DNA of 64,000 nucleotides from Candidatus Dadabacteria bacterium (GCA_963805855.1 CAWDVW010000005.1:32531-96530); one strand, 5' to 3'. Positions 18,967-30,090 are shown, counted from the stretch's first letter. Notes: generated from the letters alone by a model not told the origin. Program-made: numbers and translations.

Positions 18967-19497
18967 CTATTCTTGAAAGCTAAGAACAACTTTTTCTACC
19001 TCCACCTTTTCTTCACCAAATAAGTCTTCGTAATGCCTAGTTTCTTTTACCAGAATGCCGCTGTTTCTGATCTCCAAAATGACTCCTCCCTGATTTCCAA
19101 TTTCATCTCCAACCACCAGATAATATGTATTCTTCTCTGGATCTACGACCATTGCCCTTGGCTCACCCTCGATCCACAAGATCCCAGCTATTCTAAACTC
19201 CTGGAGTTCATATCTTTTAATAGGTGGTGTCAATGAACCATCTCCGGGCTCTTCTTCTTCGCTTGCGATTTTTATAAAAGGCCTAAATGGATCACGCTCG
19301 ACAACAGGGTTACCAACTTCAGCTTTAGACTGCGGATTGTTCTGGTTATCTAATTTCTCCATAGATGGACTGGTATCCATATGTTCCTCAGTAATAGTTT
19401 CCTCTGTTCTAGCGACCAAAGAACAGACGCAGGTCAACATAAAAAGCAGAACAATAATTTCAATATACATCGGTCCTTTTGTAATTCCAGAAATCAT
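18967..19497 (-). CDS. pilP: Type IV pilus assembly lipoprotein PilP
   Basis: Position between pilO and pilQ. Lipobox-like LTCVC, DPF motif and a C-terminal beta domain. Confidence 0.6.
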   Translation of the reverse strand: MISGITKGPMYIEIIVLLFMLTCVCSLVARTEETITEEHMDTSPSMEKLDNQNNPQSKAEVGNPVVERDPFRPFIKIASEEEEPGDGSLTPPIKRYELQEFRIAGILWIEGEPRAMVVDPEKNTYYLVVGDEIGNQGGVILEIRNSGILVKETRHYEDLFGEEKVEVEKVVLSFQE

Positions 19498-20156
19498 CTC
19501 TTCCGATTTCCTCTTCCTTTTCCTTTCGGCTTCCCCGTATCCGTCGTCTCTCCAAAATCCTCTGGAACCGGAAGCACTCGGAATGTAACGCTAGTAAAAT
19601 CAGCACTCAGAACAATATCATTGTCTTTGCTCACCTTGTCATCACGCTTTAGGTTTAGATCCCTCACATTGACTATCCGCGGCAAGTTGGAGATCCTGTC
19701 AAAAAAATTAGCCAACTGTGCGTATGATCCCGCGACTTTCATCTGTATAGGAACTTCGGAATATATGTCCTTTTTCACCTCTTTTTTTGGAACAAAATTG
19801 ACCGGCTCCAACCCCGAGGCAGATACTTCAGCATATACCCCATCAATCAAAGCGGGTATCTCTTTCTCCTGTGGTAGCCTCATAGAAGCTATTTCAAACT
19901 CCCTATTTAACCTTTTGAACTCTAACTCAAACTTTGGCAGCTCTCGTGCAATTGATTCATATTCGTCTAATTTCTTCTGTAGTCGTTGTAGATTACCCCT
20001 AGAGACTTTAAGCTCCTCCGCCCCCGGGGACCAGACGAAATACCAATAGATTCCAGAAACTACTATCACTATTCCCGCTAGAATAGCAATCTTGGTGCGA
20101 AGGGGCTTTTCTTGAATTGACTCAATAAATTCAGTTAACTGTCCCATTTTATTCAA
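19494..20156 (-). CDS. pilO: Type IV pilus assembly protein PilO
   Basis: Single N-terminal TM helix, coiled coil and a periplasmic domain. 4-bp overlaps with both neighbours. Confidence 0.7.
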   Translation of the reverse strand: MNKMGQLTEFIESIQEKPLRTKIAILAGIVIVVSGIYWYFVWSPGAEELKVSRGNLQRLQKKLDEYESIARELPKFELEFKRLNREFEIASMRLPQEKEIPALIDGVYAEVSASGLEPVNFVPKKEVKKDIYSEVPIQMKVAGSYAQLANFFDRISNLPRIVNVRDLNLKRDDKVSKDNDIVLSADFTSVTFRVLPVPEDFGETTDTGKPKGKGRGNRKR

Positions 20157-20764
20157 AGATTCGCCTTGCTTTTTCCCTCATTCGGCTTTTCTTCGTTGTT
20201 ATTATCTTCTACGGCCTTTCCCGAAAAGTTAAGAATCGATTCGATCACAAAACTCCTCAATGGTAAATTTTGCATCGCCTTTCTCTGAATCTTCTGAATC
20301 GAAACAAGTTCTACGTCGTTAAAATAATTTGAAGACTTAAGGCTTTTCATGAAATCTGAAACCGTGAACTCATTCCAGGCAATCCCTTCCACTTTCGCAT
20401 TATTCCCTTTTTCTGTGAATTTGTCGATCCAAGCCCTTTGAGGAATTGCCTCTGCCAATGACTCCATGACATATAATTGAGCTGCACGATTTTGTTCCAA
20501 CAGCTCAATTAATTTGATCCTGCGCTCAAGCTCCGCATTCTTTGCCTTAAAAGCCTCAACCTTTTTCTTAACGTCCTCCAAATCTTTTATCCTCTTCTCA
20601 ACCCTAAGCGTCGCTTTATTCACATCCCTCAATGATTTAGCCTGGTATAGGTGTAAGGCTAAAATCGAAACTATTAAGGCAAATATTACGAGGCCACCCA
20701 CAATAATGTCACCAAATGCTCTAGCCTCAACTTCTCCACCTGGTAATAGGTTTATTCTAATCAA
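20153..20764 (-). CDS. pilN: Type IV pilus assembly protein PilN
   Basis: N-terminal INLLP motif followed by a TM helix. Confidence 0.75.
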   Translation of the reverse strand: MIRINLLPGGEVEARAFGDIIVGGLVIFALIVSILALHLYQAKSLRDVNKATLRVEKRIKDLEDVKKKVEAFKAKNAELERRIKLIELLEQNRAAQLYVMESLAEAIPQRAWIDKFTEKGNNAKVEGIAWNEFTVSDFMKSLKSSNYFNDVELVSIQKIQRKAMQNLPLRSFVIESILNFSGKAVEDNNNEEKPNEGKSKANL

Positions 20765-21810
20765 AACTTATCTCCTACTTTTCTTAGGGCAAGTCCAACA
20801 GCAACACACATTTTGGGAGCTATATCCTTAATATATTCTGGATCAAAATCGCTCACACTATACATTATGTTTCTAAATGGATTAACCGCTTCAACCTTAC
20901 AATGTGTAATATTTTCGAGCTCCGACCCCAAGCTTGGGACCTTTGAAGAGCCTCCTCCAAGCATTATCGTCTCTACCTTCTGTTTTGAAAATGTCGACGA
21001 GAAAAAATCTAAGGTTCTTTTAATTTCTCCGCAAATAGACTCTCTAAAATCGTTAGCAATCCTATTCAATTCTGCTGTAATTTCTTTAGTTCCCAGGGAT
21101 AATTTCAGCATTTCTGACTCCTCGAACCCAATCGCTAGCTCCTTCTGAGCCCATTCGTTAAACTGATTCCCCCCCATGGCCAAGTCCCTGGCAAAGATCG
21201 AAATCCCGTTCTCTAAAATATTTATGTTTGTGATCGCAGCACCTATATTAACTAAGGCCAGAGTCCCATTTGCTTCCGAGTAATTAGCTTCATACATGTT
21301 TTCAAGGGCAAATAAATCGATATCCACTACTACAGGATTCAAACCAACCTCATTTACAATCTGAATGTAACCATTTGTCAAATCCTTCTTCGCGGCAGCT
21401 ATAAGCACCTCCATCGTTCCATCTGAATCCTCGCCCGGTAGAACCTGAAAGTCATAATTTATATCTTCTATATTCTGCGGTATAAACTGCTTAAGTTCCC
21501 ATGGGATAGCTTCGCGCAACTCATCGTCACTCATAGCAGGAAGACTTACCTTCTTTATGATTACAGAGTTTCCAGAAATTGAAATAACCACGTTTTTTGT
21601 CTTAAACCTGAGATTATCGATGAGCGAAGATAAGGCATCTATTACGGCGTCCTGATCCCTGATAACCTTATCGACGATCGCATCAGGTTGAAGCAATGTT
21701 TCTCCAACATTCTTCAATTGATATCCTTGCCTTGTTTCCCTGATCTCGACAAGTTTTATTGCACTTGAACCTATATCGAGTCCTGCGACTTCTCTTTTTC
21801 CAAAAAGCAA
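20761..21810 (-). CDS. pilM: Type IV pilus assembly ATPase-like protein PilM
   Basis: Actin-like ATPase fold motifs (GLDIGSSAIK). First gene of the operon. Confidence 0.85.
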   Translation of the reverse strand: MLFGKREVAGLDIGSSAIKLVEIRETRQGYQLKNVGETLLQPDAIVDKVIRDQDAVIDALSSLIDNLRFKTKNVVISISGNSVIIKKVSLPAMSDDELREAIPWELKQFIPQNIEDINYDFQVLPGEDSDGTMEVLIAAAKKDLTNGYIQIVNEVGLNPVVVDIDLFALENMYEANYSEANGTLALVNIGAAITNINILENGISIFARDLAMGGNQFNEWAQKELAIGFEESEMLKLSLGTKEITAELNRIANDFRESICGEIKRTLDFFSSTFSKQKVETIMLGGGSSKVPSLGSELENITHCKVEAVNPFRNIMYSVSDFDPEYIKDIAPKMCVAVGLALRKVGDKF

Positions 21811-22050
21811 TTCATTCTCCTTTGTTACGGTTATGATTTAAACATATTCATTAAGTTTTTGCAACTACTAATTCATAATATTAAAAAAATCTTTAAACTC
21901 TACTTTAAAAAGATGATAACCAGAGAAATTATACACCATAACCAACATACAAAGCTATCTCAAAATTTAATTATAGCTTTTTTGAAGACTACATATTAAA
22001 TCTGTTTCTAAGAATCAACAAATATCAGAACCGTAAAGAAAGCCTGTTAA

Positions 22051-25000
22051 CTAAGGCATATACGCCTTTTCCTCAGATGGTGTTTTGAAATAATTACCCT
22101 GACCGTATTTTACTTTTAACCTTCTCAATAAATTTCTAACCGCCTCCGTCTCGACACCCTCAGCAATTACTTCTTTTCCCATTAAGCGAGATATTGTTAA
22201 TATTGCTTTCACTATAGCACCACTTGTCGGATCTGTAGTTAAGTTTTGGGTAAAAGAACTTTCAATTTTTACGAAATCCACCGGCAGATCAATTAAATGA
22301 GCAAATGAAGAGTAACCAATTCCAAAGTCATCTAGTGCAAACTGACAACCAAATTCTTTTAATTTAGTCATCCATTCTCTCAATCGATCCATATTCGTGA
22401 TGCTGGTAAACTCAGTTATTTCAAAACCAATATGATCTGAAACTTTTCTGTCTACCTTTATGGCATTAAGTATATAGCCGAGCAGAGATTCATCTCTCAG
22501 GCTTGAACCAGATAGATTGATAAAAATCTTAGCTCCCTCTTTTTTACGTATAGAACTAATAACTTTCTCCACCACCCACCTATCAACCTTAGACATCAGC
22601 CCAAAACGCTCGGCGGCCGGAATAAACGCTTTCGGATAGATCATATTTCTATCACCATCGATCATACGCACTAAAGCCTCAGTGTACAGGTGCTCACCAT
22701 CAACCAAGCTTATAACCGGCTGATAGTGAAGTGTTAAGCGATTCTCTTGTAATGCGTCATTGATTCTGATGGCCCATTGACTAGCCCGATCGGACTTTCC
22801 TCTGCTGTAATATCTTGAATGATAAATGATGATTCGGTTCTTACCTTCATACTTTGCTTCAGCTAGTGCAGCATAGGCTGATGCCATGACTATTTCAGGA
22901 TCCGACTTACTATCAATTAAGGCAATTCCAACACTCAGGTTGATTTGAAAATTATAGCCTTTAAGGTAGTAAGTCTTTCCTCTTATTACCTCCAAAAACC
23001 TTTCTGCTATTGATTTTACTTGACTTCGTGACACGTCCTGAATTACCCATGCAAACTCATCACCGCCGACTCTGGCTAATAGATCACTGGGTCGCATGGC
23101 ATGCCCCAGGACCTTCGCCAGATCTATTAAAACCTGATCGCCTTCAATGTGACCAAGTGTATCATTTATCAGTTTAAAATTGTCTAAGTCCATGACGACC
23201 AGCGCATGTTTTTTTAAAGTATCAGAATCGTTCAGCAAACTATCTAAAGCAGCTTGAAGCGCGCGGCGGTTTGGAAGATCGGTCAAATAGTCATGCATAG
23301 CCATATGGCTTATCTTTTCTTCCTGATGTTTACGTTCTGTTATTTCAATGCTCATACAAATAAACTCGACATTAATACTGGTCGATGGTATGGGAAATAA
23401 AGTTGCATAGACCGTACCTTGTTTTCCTTCACGACTGATGAAATTCCACTCCGTAGGACCAGAAGGTTTACTTGATTCAACTACCTCTTTGAGAATTGAA
23501 TTGAATTGTTTTGCTGATTCATTGTCCAAAACTAATTCATCCAAAGTTCTTCCAATCGCTCGATCCGCACTAAACCCGAAAATCTTTACGGCAGCACGGT
23601 TCCAATGTAGTACTCTTCCAACTTTGTCGAGACTCACGATTGCAACATTTGGAGTATTGTCAAAGATGTAGCTTAATCTCTCTTGGCTTTCCCTAAAAGC
23701 TTTCTCTATTTGCATTCGTTCAGTTATATCTTCTACTACTCCCATAACACCGACCACCTTTCCATCCGACTCGCGCAGCGGAGAAGCCGTGACAGATAAC
23801 CATAATTTTGCATCACTGGTAGTCGGTTGATATAAGCTTTCCTGATGATGTGTGCTTCCTTCAAATGCCTTTTGTACAAAAGGTACAAAGGCCTTGTCTT
23901 TGAGCTTATTCAAGTCAAGCCCAATTATTTTGTCGTTAGAAGATTTGAAAATTCGAACCAATTGTTCGTTACAGTTAGTTATTTTAAGTTCTCTATCAAT
24001 GATAAATACACCCAACGGTGATTGATCGAAAAGTATTCTATAACGCTCTTCTGATTGTCTCAAAGCCTTCGCTTGTCGGGCATTATTTACTGCTGTCTCT
24101 ATCTGTTTTGCGACACTATCGAGCAATCTTAATTCTTCTTCGTCAAAAGCATTGAAATCTAAAGAATTTATAGCAATACAACCTATCGTTTTTCCTTCAT
24201 GTTGAATAGGCATCGAAGCATAACTTTTTGTTCCCACTTTCAACCCCGCGGGACCGATGACCGTATCTTTTTCAGCATCGGCTACATACAAAGGTTTCTC
24301 CTCTATGATTGTTTTCCATGTAAACCCTCGGGGATAGGGTATTCTTCCAACCTTTTGTATGAACCATTCTGGATAACCCCTATATGCCTTCATGACCGCG
24401 TCTTGGCCTTCAACCATGTATATACAGACGTTGTGACAACCATGGATATTTTCATTCATCGCTTCAACTGCATTGTCTAGCACATCCTGTAGGTTTATGG
24501 ACCGATGGACAGATCGGGTAACGGTACTTATGATTGTCTCATATCGATTCTTTCTGGATAGTTCTCTGTAGAGATTCGCTCTTGCTACCGCAACTGCAAT
24601 TTGATCTCCAATAGCCACGAGTAATTCCACCTCACGTTGTGAAAAAACGTGCTCCGCATAGCTTAGCAGCCAGATTACACCTATAGTTTTGGTCTGAAGC
24701 TTTATGGGAATTCCTAACATACTACGAAATCCTAAGTCACGCCCGGCCGGCCCCACGTCCTTATTCTGACCTGCGTTGCTAACGTTTAAAATTTCACCAG
24801 AATTCATAACCTTCCATGTAACCCCCTTGGGTTCGGGGATCCTCGAGGCTTTTTGCAGGAAATTATCAGGAAAGCCCCTATGGTCTTGAAGAACAGCTTC
24901 ATTTTTCGCATGATCGACTAGATAAATGCACGCAATGTCCACATAACCTTGTTCTACGACCTTATCTAGTGCAATCCTATATACTTCGTCCAGATCGAAG

Positions 25001-25593
25001 GACTGGTTCATTGCTTGAGTTATGCTATTTATTATTTTAAGCTCTTTTTCCGTCCTCTCGCGTTCTCTGATTTCTGCCTGTAATGATTCATTTGTTGTTA
25101 GCAAATCTGAAGTCTTTTCGCTAACTCTTTTCTCTAATTCGCCCTGTACCCTTTTGAGGGATTCTTCCACCCGCTTATTTTCAGTGAGATCTTCGCATAC
25201 TATCATAATGAACTCTTTTTCGTCGTCTCCCACGAAGACACAAGCAGACTCTCGAACCCACAATAAAGTGTTATCCTTACGGAGCGTTCGAAAATCCCAC
25301 TGATATAATTTTTCAGGATTCTGCAAACATTTTTTCAATTGCTCAGTCACAGTTTCATGCTCTTCAGGATGAAATACCATAAGAACAGACTTACCTATTA
25401 GCTCTTCGACCGTATAACCAAGTTGTTCGGCACCAAACAAATTAACAAACCTAATCGTACCAAGGGCATCAACAGTGAAATACATGCTGGGATTCTCTTC
25501 ATATAAGGTACGATACCTTTCCTCGCTTTTAAGAAGCCTTTCTTTTAACCGCTCCTTCTCCAATCTCAGTTTTGCATAAGTAATTTGATCCAT
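22051..25593 (-). CDS. Multidomain signalling protein: PAS-GAF-GAF-PAS-PAS-GGDEF-EAL (c-di-GMP turnover)
   Basis: GGDEF (RVGGDEFAWV) and EAL (EALVRM) motifs. Several PAS and GAF blocks upstream. 1180 aa. Confidence 0.85.
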   Translation of the reverse strand: MDQITYAKLRLEKERLKERLLKSEERYRTLYEENPSMYFTVDALGTIRFVNLFGAEQLGYTVEELIGKSVLMVFHPEEHETVTEQLKKCLQNPEKLYQWDFRTLRKDNTLLWVRESACVFVGDDEKEFIMIVCEDLTENKRVEESLKRVQGELEKRVSEKTSDLLTTNESLQAEIRERERTEKELKIINSITQAMNQSFDLDEVYRIALDKVVEQGYVDIACIYLVDHAKNEAVLQDHRGFPDNFLQKASRIPEPKGVTWKVMNSGEILNVSNAGQNKDVGPAGRDLGFRSMLGIPIKLQTKTIGVIWLLSYAEHVFSQREVELLVAIGDQIAVAVARANLYRELSRKNRYETIISTVTRSVHRSINLQDVLDNAVEAMNENIHGCHNVCIYMVEGQDAVMKAYRGYPEWFIQKVGRIPYPRGFTWKTIIEEKPLYVADAEKDTVIGPAGLKVGTKSYASMPIQHEGKTIGCIAINSLDFNAFDEEELRLLDSVAKQIETAVNNARQAKALRQSEERYRILFDQSPLGVFIIDRELKITNCNEQLVRIFKSSNDKIIGLDLNKLKDKAFVPFVQKAFEGSTHHQESLYQPTTSDAKLWLSVTASPLRESDGKVVGVMGVVEDITERMQIEKAFRESQERLSYIFDNTPNVAIVSLDKVGRVLHWNRAAVKIFGFSADRAIGRTLDELVLDNESAKQFNSILKEVVESSKPSGPTEWNFISREGKQGTVYATLFPIPSTSINVEFICMSIEITERKHQEEKISHMAMHDYLTDLPNRRALQAALDSLLNDSDTLKKHALVVMDLDNFKLINDTLGHIEGDQVLIDLAKVLGHAMRPSDLLARVGGDEFAWVIQDVSRSQVKSIAERFLEVIRGKTYYLKGYNFQINLSVGIALIDSKSDPEIVMASAYAALAEAKYEGKNRIIIYHSRYYSRGKSDRASQWAIRINDALQENRLTLHYQPVISLVDGEHLYTEALVRMIDGDRNMIYPKAFIPAAERFGLMSKVDRWVVEKVISSIRKKEGAKIFINLSGSSLRDESLLGYILNAIKVDRKVSDHIGFEITEFTSITNMDRLREWMTKLKEFGCQFALDDFGIGYSSFAHLIDLPVDFVKIESSFTQNLTTDPTSGAIVKAILTISRLMGKEVIAEGVETEAVRNLLRRLKVKYGQGNYFKTPSEEKAYMP

Positions 25594-25934
25594 CGTGTTA
25601 CCCCTATCCTTTGATTATCTGTAGTGTTTTTACCGTTTCTTGCCCTTACGAGTCTCATCATGATAAGACTTTACTAAGACACGTAGACCATAATAGCGTT
25701 CAAAATTGCCCCTAACGTTTAAGACTCTAAAACGGTGGAGTATATTAATGCCATGATCTCCGGGGCACCTTTCGCTCCTTGTTAGAAATGAATTAATCAT
25801 GATTCAGTATACTAACTATTATAAAATAAAGGCAGATTAAATTAAACCTCAATATCCTTGATCTAAGATATTGCCTTAAATGCACCAGGAAAAGCTTTGA
25901 ATTTAAGAGATTAGTTGGAGGTTATTAGATCGGG

Positions 25935-26318
25935 TTAAGAACCCTCTACGGGATCAAAAAATATTTCCACATTTTTTGTGACCACTTCGGAAGGGTCAGC
26001 GTTCACTGTAACCGAGAAAAACTTTCTGTCTCCTGGAAATAAAACGTCATCCTGCTCTACATCACCAACCTGCACGGAATCCGCGCCGACAACACTTCCT
26101 CCCTCGTCCATTAAGGTAATCAGCACAAAAACTGAATGAACTGGGCTAGCACCATTGTTCACTACGGAACCATTGAATTGTAGACTCCCATCCTGATTAA
26201 TGCTCTCGAGAATAGGTCCATCCAATGTTACAACGCCACTATCATTGGGTGCTGCACATCCCCAAATTAACACGATTAGAAGCAAACCTGAAATTAGCAA
26301 AGACAAAGCGTTTTTCAT
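25935..26318 (-). CDS. Hypothetical lipoprotein
   Basis: Lipobox LIWGC. Confidence 0.5.
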   Translation of the reverse strand: MKNALSLLISGLLLIVLIWGCAAPNDSGVVTLDGPILESINQDGSLQFNGSVVNNGASPVHSVFVLITLMDEGGSVVGADSVQVGDVEQDDVLFPGDRKFFSVTVNADPSEVVTKNVEIFFDPVEGS

Positions 26319-27070
26319 TTATTTCTCTTATCAGCTATGTCAGTAATTGAAATTACATTCTTCCTGGATTCGTGCTTACCTGGTTGCCCCTCGCCTTCAG
26401 TCATATTATCCTCTATCATGTCTCCCAGAATCTTATGCATTAGCCTCAGTGAACCCAATGAATGCTCTTTGATATATCCCTTTTCAAACACTACCTCCTT
26501 CTTTTTCCTCAAAAGGAAATAGACAATAAACGCCTGGTTATTAAGAACGACGAGCATCGCCGCATACAATAGAAAGTTATCCGCTAATACTTTTTTTAGT
26601 ATAGCCTTAGTATCTGAATCTATTTTAACAATGCCGAATGGTTCGCTATCTTCTTCAATAGTAAAAGGTACCGACACAGAAATTACGCCATTTTTCTTTT
26701 TTACCGAATAACCTCGCTCAGGATAAAAATCGTCCATAAAATAACCTGAAGACATACCGGTCTCCACGTCTTTTTTCACAACAACACTGAAAAATTTAGG
26801 GGCAATTTCAAAGGTATTAAAGAGCTTTTTCCTGCCAAGCCTATCATCAAGAAAAAGATAGAACTCGTCACTGGTTGCTTTATTACCAACATGAGTAAAG
26901 AAACTGCTTGCCTGCTCACCAATGGTTTCAGCAATTGCCTTGGTCTTGTTCACAAGCTCATTCTTTGCCCTGTCAAACTGAAAAAGAAATACAAGCCCAA
27001 CAAGAGCAAATATGCAAACCTCGATCCCGATAGCTTGTGCAATTGTCACTAATTTATTCGTTATGCGCAT
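26315..27070 (-). CDS. Hypothetical membrane protein (two TM segments flanking a periplasmic domain)
   Basis: Hydropathy from the translation. 4-bp overlap with the downstream lipoprotein gene. Confidence 0.5.
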   Translation of the reverse strand: MRITNKLVTIAQAIGIEVCIFALVGLVFLFQFDRAKNELVNKTKAIAETIGEQASSFFTHVGNKATSDEFYLFLDDRLGRKKLFNTFEIAPKFFSVVVKKDVETGMSSGYFMDDFYPERGYSVKKKNGVISVSVPFTIEEDSEPFGIVKIDSDTKAILKKVLADNFLLYAAMLVVLNNQAFIVYFLLRKKKEVVFEKGYIKEHSLGSLRLMHKILGDMIEDNMTEGEGQPGKHESRKNVISITDIADKRNK

Positions 27071-27474
27071 TTCATAAACTCTTCAAGAATCTCCTGAACA
27101 TTGTCATTCTCAGAACGCCTGAGAAGCATGTAAATCATCCCGGTAAAATCGCGTCTCATTTCGGAGTCAAGGGTTCTATACAACCTTACAAGCATTTTTT
27201 CGCTTTCAGTAAGCACCTGTACGGCATCCTGAAAGATTCCTTCCCTCTCCATAAATTTGTTTAACCGTTCATTCCTAGCCACATTCCAGAGCTCTTCGAA
27301 TTTCAATCCAAGGATATTTGCCATTTGCTGACATCTTTCAAGGGAAGGTGCGTCGACTTTTCCAGTTTCAAGTTGATGAATAAAGACACTGGAAACATTC
27401 AGTGCACGAGCCAAGTCCTCCTGAGTGATGCTTTTCTGCTTTCTTCTATTCTTCAAATATATTCCGAATTTCAT
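27061..27474 (-). CDS. XRE-family helix-turn-helix transcriptional regulator
   Basis: QEDLARALNVSSVFIHQLETGK HTH motif. Confidence 0.7.
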   Translation of the reverse strand: MKFGIYLKNRRKQKSITQEDLARALNVSSVFIHQLETGKVDAPSLERCQQMANILGLKFEELWNVARNERLNKFMEREGIFQDAVQVLTESEKMLVRLYRTLDSEMRRDFTGMIYMLLRRSENDNVQEILEEFMKCA

Positions 27475-28047
27475 TTAATAGACCTCCGTCAAAACGGTTA
27501 TTTAATGAAAAGAAAACTAAACCCTATTCAATTCTACACTAAAAAGTGATGGGATAGCAAGCATTTTTTATCTGCGATATTTAATTATATACCGTTAGGG
27601 AAATAGTGGTAACCCTTTTTATATTAACCCGAATTAGGGAGACAGGGATTTTATCCATGCTAAATTCAAAATACTCCATAATATCAGAGGGTTCTAACGC
27701 GAGCTGGAGGGGGTTAGTTGCTTTAGCGAGGCAATGCAGCTTCCAATCAAGCCCTCCCGCGAAATCCATCGTGAGTCACTGCCGGTGATAAATCTGAATT
27801 TTCCCCTAATTTATTTATCAATCAAATAAACATAGTACTGACCATCTGCGGCCAATGATGTCTTTAGAATCAATTTTTCTCTCCCCGTTAATAATTCGTG
27901 CGCTTATTTAAGATATTATGAACGGGGGTCCTTATTGTGTAATTTAATTATCGGCATATAGAAATCGAGCCACTACAACGTTTAAAATAATATATTAGTA
28001 GATTAGTCGTAAGACTATATTTGAGTTATTATGAATTCGGTAAATCT

Positions 28048-28722
28048 ATGAGAATACTAGTTATAGAGGACGATAAAAAGATTGGCTCTTTCGTCGTAAA
28101 AGGACTTAAGCAGGCAGGCTTTGCTGTAGACCATGCGATCGACGGGGAGGATGGCATTCATCTGGCTCTGCACGAGTCCTACGATGCTGCAGTCATTGAC
28201 ATAATGCTACCTAAACTTGACGGTCTGAGCCTTATCGAAGAGCTCCGGCGGCAAAAGGTCAATACCCCTGTGATCATCCTGAGTGCAAAGCGTTCCGTGG
28301 ATGATCGGATTAAAGGGCTTCAAACAGGGAGCGACGACTACTTGACGAAGCCATTTTCCTTTTCGGAGCTTATCGCCCGTGTGCAGGCACTTATCCGCAG
28401 AGCCACAAGTACGACAGAGCCAGTCGGCTTAGAAGTTGGAGAAATATCCATTAATCTCCTCACGCGCGGGGTGACCAGAGCGCATAAAAAGATTAACCTG
28501 CAACCCCGTGAATTTGCTTTACTCGAATACCTCATGCGTAATCCAGGAAGAATAGTTTCCAAAACCATGATTATGGAGCATGTCTATGATTACAACTTTG
28601 ACCCGCAGACAAATGTAGTAGATGTATTGATTTGCAGATTGCGAGATAAAGTTGATAGGGATTTTGAGAAAAAGATGATTCACACTGTACGAGGGGTCGG
28701 GTATGTTCTTAAAGAATCCTAA
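28048..28722 (+). CDS. Heavy-metal response regulator, OmpR family (CusR/CopR-like)
   Basis: Receiver (MRILVIEDD, DIMLP) plus a winged-helix output domain. Close collinear similarity to CusR along its length. The track ORF start at 28021 is probably upstream of the real ATG. Confidence 0.85.
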   Translation: MRILVIEDDKKIGSFVVKGLKQAGFAVDHAIDGEDGIHLALHESYDAAVIDIMLPKLDGLSLIEELRRQKVNTPVIILSAKRSVDDRIKGLQTGSDDYLTKPFSFSELIARVQALIRRATSTTEPVGLEVGEISINLLTRGVTRAHKKINLQPREFALLEYLMRNPGRIVSKTMIMEHVYDYNFDPQTNVVDVLICRLRDKVDRDFEKKMIHTVRGVGYVLKES

Positions 28723-30088
28723 ACTCTTACTGAAATCAAGCGGCTTTAGACTCATAACTTGGTACACCATTTTGTTCATCGTTAGCTCGCTTGCGATAAA
28801 TGTTTACGCATATACAGTCATTTCTTCTTTTATTCACGGACAAAGCCGAAAGGAAATCGAAGAAGACATCAATGATCTTGCAAAACTATATCAGGGAGAA
28901 GGATTGGAAGCTTTACACCAGGATGTTTTTGAAGACGAGGAAGAAACCTTTCTAATCCGCTTAATCGGAAGCGATTCTATTCCAATCATTTCAAGAATCC
29001 CGAAGGATTGGTCAACTTCAAGCGTTCAGCAACTTGAAAAGAGCGGCTATCTCAAAGACAAAGAGTGGAACATTCTCAAGGACGGAGATGGTGAGAATGA
29101 ATTTGAAACAACTTCTCTACGCATGTCCGACGGTACGACCTTGCAACTTGGTCAAAACATAGAAGAGCGGGAGGATCTTTTGAGCAGGATTCGCAAAGTA
29201 TATTTGATCGCAATCATCCCTATAATTCTGTTTGCTTACGTAGGCGGAGTATTTATTGCCGACCGCGCCCTGAATCCGATTCGACAACTTATAAATACTC
29301 TTAATTCAATTGTCTCAAGTGGCAAGATAGATGTGAGAGTTCCAGTCGATCAAACTGATAAAATGCATGAAGAATTGATTACACTTTTTAATTCGATGTT
29401 GGAAAAAATCGAAGCCCTTATGATTGGAATGCGAAATGTTTTGGATAATGTCGCACATGACTTGCGAACCCCTATGACGAGATTGAGAGGCACCGCTGAA
29501 ATGGCATTACAGTCCGAGCAGAAAGCAGACGTTCTCCGGGAGGCTTTGAGCGATTGCATAGAAGAATCCGAACGGATTCTCATAATGTTAAATACACTCA
29601 TGGATATATCGGAGGCAGAGACCGGAGCTATGAAACTCGATCCAGAGGAGATGAATGTCGCGCCTCTGATCGATGATATCGTCGAGCTCTACGGTTATAC
29701 CGCTGAGGAAAAGGGCGTTTCGGTATATACCGGTTTTCCTAAGGAGCTTTACATAACTGCCGACCGCAACTGGGTACGGCAGGTCCTGGCAAATCTAGTT
29801 GATAACGCAATTAAGTACACCCCGAGGGGCGGAAGAGTTGACATCGAAGCGTGTCGCGGGGAGAAAGAGGTCATTATAACAATAAAAGACACCGGGGTTG
29901 GAATTTCCCAGGAAGAGCTTGATAAAGTATGGGAGCGTCTCTACAGGGGCGAAAAGAGCCGGTCCCAAAGAGGACTTGGGCTGGGCTTAAGCCTTGTCAA
30001 TGCAATAGTCGGGGCGCATAGAGGATACGTCCAGGTCTCAAGCGAGCCCGGCGCCGGCTCTGTCTTCACAGTTTCCCTCCCCGTTTAA
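28703..30088 (+). CDS. Heavy-metal sensor histidine kinase (CusS/CopS-like)
   Basis: Two TM helices around an approximately 150-aa periplasmic domain, HAMP, an H-box HDLRTPMT and HATPase N/G boxes. Confidence 0.85.
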   Translation: MFLKNPKLLLKSSGFRLITWYTILFIVSSLAINVYAYTVISSFIHGQSRKEIEEDINDLAKLYQGEGLEALHQDVFEDEEETFLIRLIGSDSIPIISRIPKDWSTSSVQQLEKSGYLKDKEWNILKDGDGENEFETTSLRMSDGTTLQLGQNIEEREDLLSRIRKVYLIAIIPIILFAYVGGVFIADRALNPIRQLINTLNSIVSSGKIDVRVPVDQTDKMHEELITLFNSMLEKIEALMIGMRNVLDNVAHDLRTPMTRLRGTAEMALQSEQKADVLREALSDCIEESERILIMLNTLMDISEAETGAMKLDPEEMNVAPLIDDIVELYGYTAEEKGVSVYTGFPKELYITADRNWVRQVLANLVDNAIKYTPRGGRVDIEACRGEKEVIITIKDTGVGISQEELDKVWERLYRGEKSRSQRGLGLGLSLVNAIVGAHRGYVQVSSEPGAGSVFTVSLPV

Positions 30089-30090
30089 CT

